Below are positions 1-9,111 of a DNA stretch of 37,568 nt, in pieces. The notes beneath the pieces are model-generated. The model was not told where the DNA came from and ran no database searches. It saw only the letters and a list, made by a program, of their open reading frames with translations. The translations under genes and the position numbers were made by a program. Position 1 is the first letter of the stretch, and every line of letters begins with the position of its first letter. Source of the stretch: an uncultured Thermodesulfobacteriota bacterium (GTDB lineage Bacteria > Desulfobacterota > Deferrisomatia > Deferrisomatales > JACRMM01); assembly GCA_964548515.1 (NCBI GenBank), contig CAZJSF010000003.1, positions 1 through 37,568 on the forward strand. Direction: 5' to 3'.

Positions 1-865
1 CCAGGGCGATGATCGCCGCGATCTGGATCGGCTGGAACATGCCGTAGTCCAGGTAGGACTTGATCCGCACCAGCGCGTTGACGATGCGCGGGTTGCCCAC
101 GCAGAACCCCACCCTCCAGCCCGCCATGTTGTAGCTCTTGGACAGGCTCATGAACTCCACGGCGATGTCCTTGGCGCCGGGGACCTGCAGGATGCTGGGG
201 GCCTTGTACCCGTCGAAGCAGATGTCCGCATACGCGAGGTCGTGCACGAGGATCATCCGGTGTTCCCGGCAGAAGTCCACGATCCGCTCGAAGAAAGCCA
301 GGTCGGCGGTCTGGGTCGTGGGGTTCTGCGGAAAGTTGAGGATGAGCATCCGGGGCCGGGGCCACACGGTCTTGGTGGCCTGCTCCAACCGCTGGATGAA
401 CTCGGAGCCCCCCTCGCCGAGGGGAATGGCCCGGAGGTCGCCGTCGGCGAGGACCACGGAGTAGGAGTGGATCGGATAGGTCGGGTTGGGCACGAACACC
501 AGGTCGCCGGGCGCCAGGGTGGCCATCACGAGGTGGGCCAGCCCTTCCTTGGCGCCCATGGTGGCGCACACCTCCGACTCCGGGTCCAGGTACACCCCGT
601 AGCGGTCCTCGTACCACTTCGCGATCCCGAGCCGGAGCTTGTAGATGCCCCGGGAGACGCTGTAGCGGTGGTTCTTCGGCTTCTGGACGGCCTCCACCAG
701 CTTGTCGATGATCGCCTGGGGAGTCGGGCGGTCGGGGTTCCCCATGCCGAGGTCGATGATGTCCTCGCCCTGGCGGCGCGCCCGCATCTTCAGTTCGTCC
801 ACGACCTTGAACACGTACGGGGGAAGCCGCTCGATGCGGTGGAAGGTCATGCTGTCCTGGGACAT
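1..865 (-). CDS. alaC: Class I/II PLP-dependent aminotransferase, AlaC (YfdZ)-like; C-terminal part lies outside the window
   Basis: Own translation of the minus strand from ATG at 865 (GGGAGG about 8 nt upstream): [45 protein letters not shown]... The PLP-lysine motif [15 protein letters not shown] is followed by [22 protein letters not shown]. The frame stays open to position 2. It is absent from the supplied ORF track because it has no stop codon in the window. Confidence 0.9.
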   Translation of the reverse strand, partial: MSQDSMTFHRIERLPPYVFKVVDELKMRARRQGEDIIDLGMGNPDRPTPQAIIDKLVEAVQKPKNHRYSVSRGIYKLRLGIAKWYEDRYGVYLDPESEVCATMGAKEGLAHLVMATLAPGDLVFVPNPTYPIHSYSVVLADGDLRAIPLGEGGSEFIQRLEQATKTVWPRPRMLILNFPQNPTTQTADLAFFERIVDFCREHRMILVHDLAYADICFDGYKAPSILQVPGAKDIAVEFMSLSKSYNMAGWRVGFCVGNPRIVNALVRIKSYLDYGMFQPIQIAAIIAL

Positions 866-994
866 GGAATGGGCCTCCCGGAGGGTCGTGGCCGACTCGA
901 AAAGAGCGATCATGCTACTGGATCGCCTCCACGGGGGTCAACGGCTTTCCCCACGGAAGTGCCCGTTTTTCCGAGGGGTTATGGCCCCCGCGGT

Positions 995-1023
995 TTGACC
1001 CCCGGACGGATTTTCGGTACGGT
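995..1023 (+). promoter_or_regulatory. Candidate sigma70-type promoter for ftsH (TTGACC-N17-TACGGT)
   Basis: -35 TTGACC at 995-1000, 17-nt spacer, weak -10 TACGGT at 1018-1023, about 30 nt upstream of the ftsH ATG. The same TTGAC(C/G)-N17/18 layout recurs at 3521, 6524 and 23882. Confidence 0.3.
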
Positions 1024-1053
1024 AGCGCTCCACCCGCGGGCTGCGAGGATTCC

Positions 1054-2916
<1,863 letters not shown>

Positions 2917-2962
2917 CGGGGCACCTCGAGCGCCCCACAACCTCACGACCCAGGCAGGCCCC

Positions 2963-3445
2963 ATGACGACCCAACCGGAAACCAAGGCCCACGTGTTGAT
3001 CAAGAAGTACGCGAACCGCAGGCTGTACGACACCGTCCACAGCCGCTACGTGAACCTCAAGCAGATCTTCGAGATGATCCGCGAGGGGCACACCGTGGAG
3101 GTCGTGGACGCCTCCACGGGGGAGGACCTCTCCAAGGTGATCCTGACCCAGATCATCCTCGAGGAGGAGAAGGGGCAGCGGAACCTCCTGCCCGTGGATT
3201 TTTTGCATCGCATCATCCAAGAGGGCGAATCGGCCTACGAGAAGTTCCTCGAACGCGGCCTCGCCGCAGGGCTCGCGGCGTACCGCGCAGCGCAGGAGCA
3301 GATGGAGTCCGCCCTGCGGGGCTGGATGACCCCGTGGATGAACGTGCCCGGCGCGGACGCCCGAAGCGAGATCGAGACCCTGCGGGAGCGAATCGGGCAG
3401 CTCGAGGCGAAGCTCGCCGAGCGGGGCCGCGGCCCCTCCGACTGA
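2963..3445 (+). CDS. phaR: PHA synthesis repressor PhaR
   Basis: 160 aa. N-terminal signature IKKYANRRLYDT...YVNL..I..MI..G, characteristic of PhaR DNA-binding domains. Sits directly upstream of the phaE/phaC genes. Confidence 0.9.
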   Translation: MTTQPETKAHVLIKKYANRRLYDTVHSRYVNLKQIFEMIREGHTVEVVDASTGEDLSKVILTQIILEEEKGQRNLLPVDFLHRIIQEGESAYEKFLERGLAAGLAAYRAAQEQMESALRGWMTPWMNVPGADARSEIETLRERIGQLEAKLAERGRGPSD

Positions 3446-3520
3446 CCGCACCGGCTCACCCCCCCATTCGTCGCCCTTCTGGAGGAGTCCGAACGTCCCC
3501 GAGAAATAGCCGGTTGGCCC

Positions 3521-3549
3521 TTGACGCATTGCAGCAAAGCGGGTAGCTT
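3521..3549 (+). promoter_or_regulatory. Candidate promoter (TTGACG-N17-TAGCTT) with an embedded TTGCAGCAA near-palindrome, a possible PhaR operator
   Basis: -35 at 3521-3526, 17-nt spacer, -10 at 3544-3549. GGAGGA SD at 3560-3565, ATG at 3570. The TGC-rich near-palindrome GCATTGCAGCAAAGC lies in the spacer. Confidence 0.4.
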
Positions 3550-3569
3550 TCCGCACCACGGAGGACGAC

Positions 3570-4055
3570 ATGGACCCGAAGTTGCTGGAAGCCTGGCTCC
3601 GCCTGACGGCGGACGCCCTCAAGGGGACCGAGGAGGCCCGCAAGGCCCTCGAGACCCTCGGGGTGACCCCTCCCTCCCGCGAGGCGCTGTCCCGCTGGGC
3701 GAGCGCCTGGCTGCCGCAGTACGGGGAGCGCCGGGATCCCCCCCAGGGCGGGGAACTGCAGGAGATGGCGGAGCAGTGGTGGAAAGCGCTCGGCGTGGTG
3801 CCCCGCCATCGCTACCTGGAGCTGCTGGAACGGTACGAGGAGCTGAGGGTTCGCCTCGAAGAGGCGGAGAAGACCATCCGCAACCTCCGTGACGTGCTCG
3901 CCCGTCGAGGCTCCGACTCCGAGGCAGGGAGCGAGCTGCTCGACCAGTGGGAGGAGACCACCCGCAAGGTCTTGGAGACGCAATCGGAGTGGGCCAAGTC
4001 CTGGGCGGAGGGCTTCTGGAAGATCGAAGACGACAAGGGCGGAAAGAAGGCCTGA
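3570..4055 (+). CDS. Hypothetical coiled-coil protein, candidate PHA-granule-associated (phasin-like) protein
   Basis: 161 aa. Strong G/C preference at third codon positions, good SD, and a stop overlapping or abutting the phaE start region. Predicted helical, Trp-rich. Contains ALGVVPRHRYLELLERYEELRVRLEEAEKTIRNL, which resembles the helix-Pro-coiled-coil segment in the downstream PhaE. No family recognised by eye. Confidence 0.75.
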   Translation: MDPKLLEAWLRLTADALKGTEEARKALETLGVTPPSREALSRWASAWLPQYGERRDPPQGGELQEMAEQWWKALGVVPRHRYLELLERYEELRVRLEEAEKTIRNLRDVLARRGSDSEAGSELLDQWEETTRKVLETQSEWAKSWAEGFWKIEDDKGGKKA

Positions 4056-4084
4056 TGCCCGACACGCGAAGGGAGGACTCCGGG

Positions 4085-5341
4085 ATGAACTGGACCGAAC
4101 AGGCCCAAGAGATGATGAAGTCGTGGACCGGCACCCAGAAGAAGCTCTGGGAGAGCTGGGGCGGCGCGGCGAAGAGCGGGAGCCCGCAGCCCCCGCAGGA
4201 GCCGTGGTCGGGGTGGGTCGCGCAGTGGCAGCAGATGGCTCGGGATTCGCTCCAGAAGATGGGGGGCGGAGCCACGGGCGTGCCCCGGGAGGTCGCCGAG
4301 AGGCTCTTCGCCGGCGAGGCCTCCTTCCTTCGGTTCGTGGAGTTCGCGCTGGGCACCCTCAAGCACATCGCCCCCAAGATCGACGCGGGCGAGGACTGGG
4401 TGGAACTGCTTCGCCGTCAACTCGACCAGATGAAGCAGGAGATGACCAAGGCGCCCGCGCCCTGGTTCACGCCGGAGGCGGCCGCGGCGGTCTCCAAGGA
4501 CATCCCGGAGCTCTGGAGGCTGTTCCTGCAGGAGGCCGGCAAGCTCTCGGCGCCGTGGACGAGTTCCATCAAGCAGGCCGGTGGACACCTCGGCGAGGCC
4601 ATGAGCGGGGACCGCCAGGCGGCGATCCGGATGTACAACATGTTCCTCGACACCTTCGAGAACACGTTCGGCAAGCTCGCCGCCGCCCCGGCGATCGGGT
4701 ACACGCGGGAGTTCCAGGAGAAGCTCACGAAGGCCTTCGAGTCGTGGGTGGACGCCAGGAGGGCCGAAGTCGAGCTGCGCACGGAGCTGGTCAACACCGG
4801 CTTCCGGGCCCTGGAAGGCCTGCTGCGCGAACTCGTGGCCAAGGGGGAAGCGGGAGAGAAGGTCGACAGCTTCCGGGCCCTCTTCGACCTCTGGGTGGCC
4901 ACCGCGGAGAAGAGCTACTACGACATCGCGAGCACCGAGTCCTTCGCCGAGATCCAGGGCCGCGTGGTCAACACGGCCATGCAGTACCGGATCCGGGAGC
5001 GGGAACTGGCCGAGGAGATCTACCGGACGATCCACCTGCCGACGCAGAGCGAACTCGACGACGCCTACCGCCACATGCACGACCTCAAGAGCGAGGTCCG
5101 GAAACTCCGCAGCGAGGTCAACCAGCTCAAGGCGGCGGCGAAGAGCCAGCCCGTCCCGGCCCCCGCGCCGCAGGCCGGCCCCGCCGCCGCCGCGGCCCCG
5201 GCCCCCAAGAGGGTCCTGGCCAAGGCTCCGGCCAAGACGAAGGCCAAGAGTGCCGGCAAGGCCGCACCGAAGGCTGCACCGAAGGGTGCACCGAAGGCTG
5301 CCGCCAAGACCCGGACCAAGACCGGCCGCAAGAGCTCGTAA
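4085..5341 (+). CDS. phaE: Class III PHA synthase subunit PhaE, with a C-terminal Ala/Lys/Pro-rich tail
   Basis: From track ORF 3947..5341. I prefer ATG 4085 (GGGAGGA 7-8 nt upstream); the alternative ATG 4055 overlaps the upstream stop (TGATG). About 418 aa and placed 18 nt upstream of a class III phaC, as in phaE-phaC operons. The assignment rests mainly on context and size. Confidence 0.7.
   Translation: MNWTEQAQEMMKSWTGTQKKLWESWGGAAKSGSPQPPQEPWSGWVAQWQQMARDSLQKMGGGATGVPREVAERLFAGEASFLRFVEFALGTLKHIAPKIDAGEDWVELLRRQLDQMKQEMTKAPAPWFTPEAAAAVSKDIPELWRLFLQEAGKLSAPWTSSIKQAGGHLGEAMSGDRQAAIRMYNMFLDTFENTFGKLAAAPAIGYTREFQEKLTKAFESWVDARRAEVELRTELVNTGFRALEGLLRELVAKGEAGEKVDSFRALFDLWVATAEKSYYDIASTESFAEIQGRVVNTAMQYRIRERELAEEIYRTIHLPTQSELDDAYRHMHDLKSEVRKLRSEVNQLKAAAKSQPVPAPAPQAGPAAAAAPAPKRVLAKAPAKTKAKSAGKAAPKAAPKGAPKAAAKTRTKTGRKSS
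5264..5299 (+). repeat. Three tandem 12-nt units GCACCGAAGG(C/G)T inside the phaE tail, encoding APKA-APKG-APKA
   Basis: Read directly from the sequence: gcaccgaaggct gcaccgaagggt gcaccgaaggct. Confidence 0.85.
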
Positions 5342-5359
5342 GCGAGAAAGGACCGCACC

Positions 5360-6424
5360 ATGTTCCCGATCCAGATCCGTCCAGAACAGGCCCTCAAGGA
5401 AATGGTGGACTTCAACCGGAAGCTCCTCAAGGGCATCGATTCCATCGTCGACATCCGAGAGATCGACGTCGCCCCCACTCCGCGGGAGGCGGTGTACCGG
5501 GAGGACGAACTCGTCCTCTACCACTACGCGCCGACCGTGAAGCGGCCCTGCAAGGTGCCCGTCCTGATCGTCTACGCCCTGGTGAACCGCCCGTACATGG
5601 TCGACATCCAGCAGGATCGGTCGATGGTCCGCAACCTGCTCAACCAGGGCTTGGACGTCTACCTCGTCGACTGGGGCTATCCCGACCGCTGTGAGCAGTA
5701 CCTGACGCTCGACGACTACATCAACGGCTACATCGACCGCTGCGTCGACGTGCTGCGGGAGCGCCACGGGCTGGACAAGGTGAACCTTCTCGGCATCTGC
5801 CAGGGGGGTACCTTCAGCCTGTGCTACTCGGCCCTGCACCCGGAGAAGGTGCAGAACCTGATCACGATGGTGACCCCGGTGGACTTCCACGTGCGCGACG
5901 GACTCCTCAACGTGTGGGCCCAGAACCTCGACATGGATGCCATGGTCGATGCGTTCGGGAACGTGCCCGGCGCCTTCATGAACTGGGGATTCCTGGTGCT
6001 CAAGCCCCTCCAGTTGATGGTGCAGAAGTACCTGGGGTTCGTCTCGATCCTCGACGACGAGCAGAACCTGAAGAGCTTCCTCCGGATGGAGAAGTGGATC
6101 TTCGACAGCCCCGACCAGGCGGGGGCGACCATCCGGCAGTTCGTCAAGGACTTCTACCAGCAGAACAAGCTCATCAAGGGCGAGGCGATGATCGGCGAGG
6201 ACCGGGTCGACCTGCGCAACGTCACCATGCCCGTGCTGAACATCTACGCGAAGGAGGACCACCTGGTGCCGCCGAGTTCCTCCCTGGCGATGGAGAAGTA
6301 CGTCGGTTCCAAGGACCTCACGACCCTGGCCTTCCCCGGAGGCCATATCGGAATCTACGTGAGCGGCCGGGCCCAGAAGGAGCTCGCGCCCGCCATCGGC
6401 AACTGGGTCAAGGAGCGCTGCTGA
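5360..6424 (+). CDS. phaC: Class III poly(R)-hydroxyalkanoate synthase catalytic subunit PhaC
   Basis: 354 aa, the typical class III size. Lipase-box-like GICQGG with catalytic Cys, alpha/beta-hydrolase fold motifs (VYLVDWG, PVLNIYAKEDHLVP, GGHIG). GAAAGGA SD upstream. Confidence 0.95.
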   Translation: MFPIQIRPEQALKEMVDFNRKLLKGIDSIVDIREIDVAPTPREAVYREDELVLYHYAPTVKRPCKVPVLIVYALVNRPYMVDIQQDRSMVRNLLNQGLDVYLVDWGYPDRCEQYLTLDDYINGYIDRCVDVLRERHGLDKVNLLGICQGGTFSLCYSALHPEKVQNLITMVTPVDFHVRDGLLNVWAQNLDMDAMVDAFGNVPGAFMNWGFLVLKPLQLMVQKYLGFVSILDDEQNLKSFLRMEKWIFDSPDQAGATIRQFVKDFYQQNKLIKGEAMIGEDRVDLRNVTMPVLNIYAKEDHLVPPSSSLAMEKYVGSKDLTTLAFPGGHIGIYVSGRAQKELAPAIGNWVKERC

Positions 6425-6523
6425 TCCCGGGGGGAGACCGGAGCGCGAGGGACCTGCTCCGGCGGAGGGGGTCCTCCTGGTTCCCGGCACCTCGCGCTCG
6501 GAACGCCAGCCGGAAGAATGGCG

Positions 6524-6552
6524 TTGACCCCCTGCGGCGACTTCCGTATCAT
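6524..6552 (+). promoter_or_regulatory. Near-consensus sigma70 promoter for cspA (TTGACC-N17-TATCAT)
   Basis: -35 at 6524-6529, exact 17-nt spacer, -10 at 6547-6552. Implies a leader of roughly 250 nt before the cspA ATG at 6807. Confidence 0.55.
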
Positions 6553-6621
6553 CGCGCGGTTCGATGCGTTCCGCGACGGACACGAAGCGCGTCGTACGAG
6601 ATTCACCCAGCGTCGGACTTC

Positions 6622-6658
6622 AGAGAGGGAGCGGCCGAGGCGGGCTTGCTCCCTCTCT
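6622..6658 (+). promoter_or_regulatory. 11-bp perfect stem-loop within the cspA 5' leader
   Basis: AGAGAGGGAGC (6622-6632) pairs with GCTCCCTCTCT (6648-6658) around a 15-nt loop. Long structured leaders are typical of cold-shock protein mRNAs. Confidence 0.5.
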
Positions 6659-6806
6659 TGCGATCCGCGCCGGACAACCGAGCCACTCCGATGGAACAAG
6701 AACAGCGACAGGCAGTGGACCTCCACCCCTCTGAGCTTTTCGAGCCATCGTCAGTGCAACACATGGGTCAGAAGCCCAGAGTCTAGGAAGAAAGGAGGTA
6801 CGCACC

Positions 6807-7010
6807 ATGGCAAGAGGAACCGTGAAGTGGTTCAACGACCAGAAGGGGTTCGGGTTCATCACCCAGGAAAACGGTGGCCCGGACGTCTTCGTGCATTTCA
6901 GCGCCATCCAGGGGCAGGGTTTCAAGACCCTGGCCGAGGGCCAGGCGGTGGAATTCGAGGTCACCCAGGGCCCCAAGGGCGCCCAGGCCTCGAACGTCAC
7001 GCCCGTTTGA
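6807..7010 (+). CDS. cspA: Cold-shock protein, CspA family
   Basis: 67 aa. [15 protein letters not shown] (RNP1) and DVFVHFS (RNP2) motifs. AAGGAGG SD at 6792-6798. Confidence 0.97.
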   Translation: MARGTVKWFNDQKGFGFITQENGGPDVFVHFSAIQGQGFKTLAEGQAVEFEVTQGPKGAQASNVTPV

Positions 7011-7033
7011 TCTGACGCCGAGTGCGTGAAGGA

Positions 7034-7070
7034 AGAGCGGGTCCCCTCTCGGGGACCCGCTCTCTTTTTT
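7034..7070 (+). terminator. Rho-independent terminator of cspA
   Basis: 13-bp perfect stem AGAGCGGGTCCCC / GGGGACCCGCTCT, TCTC loop, followed by CTTTTTT (7064-7070). Confidence 0.85.
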
Positions 7071-7213
7071 CGACCTCGATCGCGTCGGCCCCGCCACCCT
7101 CTCCGGAGGGCTTCTGCCCCCCCAGCAATGCGCAACCCACCCCTCCGGTCCCGGGTACAGCCCCGGGATCGGCAGCACGGCAGCGCTTCGTCGGGGGGGC
7201 GGGGACGTCGGAA

Positions 7214-7375
7214 CTAGCGGGCGGTCCGGCGCTCCCGGAGCCAGGCCGCGACGTCGGCCTGGAGCTTGCGCTCCATGGCGGCGGGTTGGACCTCCGGGGC
7301 CCCTCTCCGCCGCAGGACCTGGACGCGGGGGGCTGTTTCGTTGGACGTGCGTGCTGCGCTCTGAACGTTTCTCAT
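7214..7375 (-). CDS. Doubtful small ORF (53 aa) or 3' gene remnant
   Basis: MRNVQSAARTSNETAPRVQVLRRRGAPEVQPAAMERKLQADVAAWLRERRTAR. Only the last ~40 codons show the G/C-rich third positions typical of genes here. SD is weak and no family is recognised. Confidence 0.2.
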   Translation of the reverse strand: MRNVQSAARTSNETAPRVQVLRRRGAPEVQPAAMERKLQADVAAWLRERRTAR

Positions 7376-7670
7376 GTGGGGCGACGCTTTTCCTTTCCGG
7401 AGATGGGGTTCCTCTGTCACGACCCGGGCGCGGACGGGAGAACGAGACGCCCCGGGGTGCTCCTGCGCGCCGACCGCCGGAGCGCGGCTCCCCGGGGGGA
7501 ACCGCTCAGCGGACGGGGCTGCCCGTCGACCGGACTCTTCGCGCGACTTCGGGAAAAGGGAGATCTCGAAGGCAGGAACGAGGCGGATGCTACCACGGAT
7601 GCGAAGTGCAAGGAAGGCCGATGCGCACGCCGCGGTCTGCGAGCCACCCCGCGGAGTTCCGGGGCGGGGA

Positions 7671-7701
7671 CGAACGAAAGGCCCCGAGGGGCCCTTGTTC
7701 G
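7671..7701 (-). terminator. Imperfect GC-rich hairpin downstream of the cytidylate-kinase-like gene; possible terminator without a U-tract
   Basis: CGAACGAAAGGCCCC...GGGGCCCTTGTTCG forms a ~12-bp stem with one bulge and one mismatch, about 25 nt after the stop at 7727. No T-run, so function is uncertain. Confidence 0.3.
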
Positions 7702-7726
7702 CCATCGGCCTTCCATCGGAGAGGCC

Positions 7727-8431
7727 TCAGGACTTCTCCGCCGCCTCCGAACCCGCCACGTCCCGGGCCAGCGCCTCGAGGATGTCGGTGCAACGGGCCA
7801 GCCCGAGTTTCGAGGTGTTCAGGGTGATGTGGTACAGGGTCGGCTGGTCGGGGTCGCAGTCGAAGTAGAAGCGCAGGTAGTCCTGGCTGCGCGCATCGAT
7901 CTTGTGGACGAAGTCCCGTGCCTGCTCCGTGGACATGCCCCGCCGCTCCGCGGTCCACGCCACCCGATCCTCGAAGCCGGCCACGAACCGGACGTGGAGC
8001 GTACGGGGGTTTTCCTTGAGGATGCACTGCCCCCCGCGACCGACCACGATCACGCCGCGCCGCTGGCCGAGGGAGGAGACGATCTTGATGACCATCTGCT
8101 TGTAGATGTCACCGTCGATCCACCCGTCGACCCGATAGTGGTAGGGGATCTTGTCCCGATCGTCGTACCGGGCGTCGGAGAGGGCGTCCTCCCGGACCTT
8201 GGCCTTCTTCTTGAGGGCGTCGAGATCGAAGATCGTGGAGAAGAAGCTCTTGAGCTTGTTGTGGTGCTCCGCCTCGAACTCCTCGACCTCCTCGTCCGGC
8301 ACGTTCACCTCGAGCGCCACGCGGTGGATGATCTCCTTGTCCACGTAGTCGACGCCCAGGCGTTTGGCGAGTTCCTTGGCGACCTCGGGGCCGCCGGCAC
8401 CAAACTGGTTCGACACGGTTATGACGGGCAT
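7727..8431 (-). CDS. Cytidylate kinase-like family protein (P-loop NTPase)
   Basis: From track ORF 7727..8515. I start at ATG 8431 (GGAGGAGCG SD immediately upstream): MPVITVSNQFGAGGPEVAKELAKRLGVDYVDKEII..., a P-loop-like pattern typical of the cytidylate-kinase-like family. 234 aa. Confidence 0.85.
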   Translation of the reverse strand: MPVITVSNQFGAGGPEVAKELAKRLGVDYVDKEIIHRVALEVNVPDEEVEEFEAEHHNKLKSFFSTIFDLDALKKKAKVREDALSDARYDDRDKIPYHYRVDGWIDGDIYKQMVIKIVSSLGQRRGVIVVGRGGQCILKENPRTLHVRFVAGFEDRVAWTAERRGMSTEQARDFVHKIDARSQDYLRFYFDCDPDQPTLYHITLNTSKLGLARCTDILEALARDVAGSEAAEKS

Positions 8432-8557
8432 CGCTCCTCCTTGCCAGACAGGGATCCCGAGAAGAGGTCCGTCCCCCGGGCAGCGTCGTCCGAGCCCCGG
8501 GAGAACCCGGCGCATCTTATAGCAAAGGCCCCCCGACCCTTCAAGCGCATATCACCC

Positions 8558-8587
8558 TTAGCAGCTTCGCCCGGCCTCTGTTATCCT
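8558..8587 (+). promoter_or_regulatory. Weak candidate promoter for the cheD-led gene chain (TTAGCA-N18-TATCCT)
   Basis: Located in the 194-nt divergent intergenic region, about 40 nt upstream of ATG 8626. Each hexamer matches consensus at 4 of 6 positions. Confidence 0.25.
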
Positions 8588-8625
8588 GGGCCGTCGGCTC
8601 CTTCCCTCTCCCCCGCCGCCACTCG

Positions 8626-9111
8626 ATGGGAACGCTGCACGTTGTCGGCATTTCGGACTGCAAGACGTCCTCCGACCCCTCCGACTCCGTCGTCACCTAC
8701 GGGCTGGGATCGTGCGTCGGCCTCGTCCTGTACGACGCGCACGCCGCGGTCGGCGGCATGGCCCACGTGATGCTGCCCGACTCCCGGTGGCGACGGGGAG
8801 CGCGGGAGTTCAACCCGCACATGTGCGCCGACACGGCCGTCCCGGCGCTCATCGATGCGGTGGCGTCGCTGGGCGCCGCCCGGGAACACCTGGTCGCCAA
8901 ACTGGCGGGCGGCGCGAACATGCTCGTGCGCTCCGCCCTGTTCGACATCGGGGAGCGCAACGCGGGCGCCCTCCTGGACCTTCTCCGCCGGGAGAACATC
9001 CCGGTGGCCGGCGCGAGCCTGGGGGGCTCGGTGGGCCGTTCCATGCAGTTTAGGCTGCACGACGGGCTGGTCAGGGTGCAGGTGCTCGGGCGAGGCGTCG
9101 AGACGCTATGA
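8626..9111 (+). CDS. cheD: Chemoreceptor glutamine deamidase CheD
   Basis: 161 aa. TYGLGSCVGLVLYD (catalytic Cys) and GGMAHVMLPDS (His) motifs plus DIGERN, all typical of CheD. Confidence 0.9.
   Translation: MGTLHVVGISDCKTSSDPSDSVVTYGLGSCVGLVLYDAHAAVGGMAHVMLPDSRWRRGAREFNPHMCADTAVPALIDAVASLGAAREHLVAKLAGGANMLVRSALFDIGERNAGALLDLLRRENIPVAGASLGGSVGRSMQFRLHDGLVRVQVLGRGVETL

Noticed and set aside
3812-6583. 923-aa minus-strand ORF spanning phaE and phaC
   Set aside because: It is antisense to two well-supported plus-strand genes. It has no recognisable domain and a composition typical of spurious GC-rich frames.
7380-7720. Possible RNase P RNA, tmRNA, SRP RNA or riboswitch in the non-coding gap
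   Set aside because: I looked on both strands for hallmark motifs: GGAAAGUCCGGGC for RNase P, a tRNA-like GGUUCGA(A/U)UCC...CCA end for tmRNA, GGAAGCAGCC-type for SRP, and a B12 box. None was found. The region is kept only as an unexplained-region finding.
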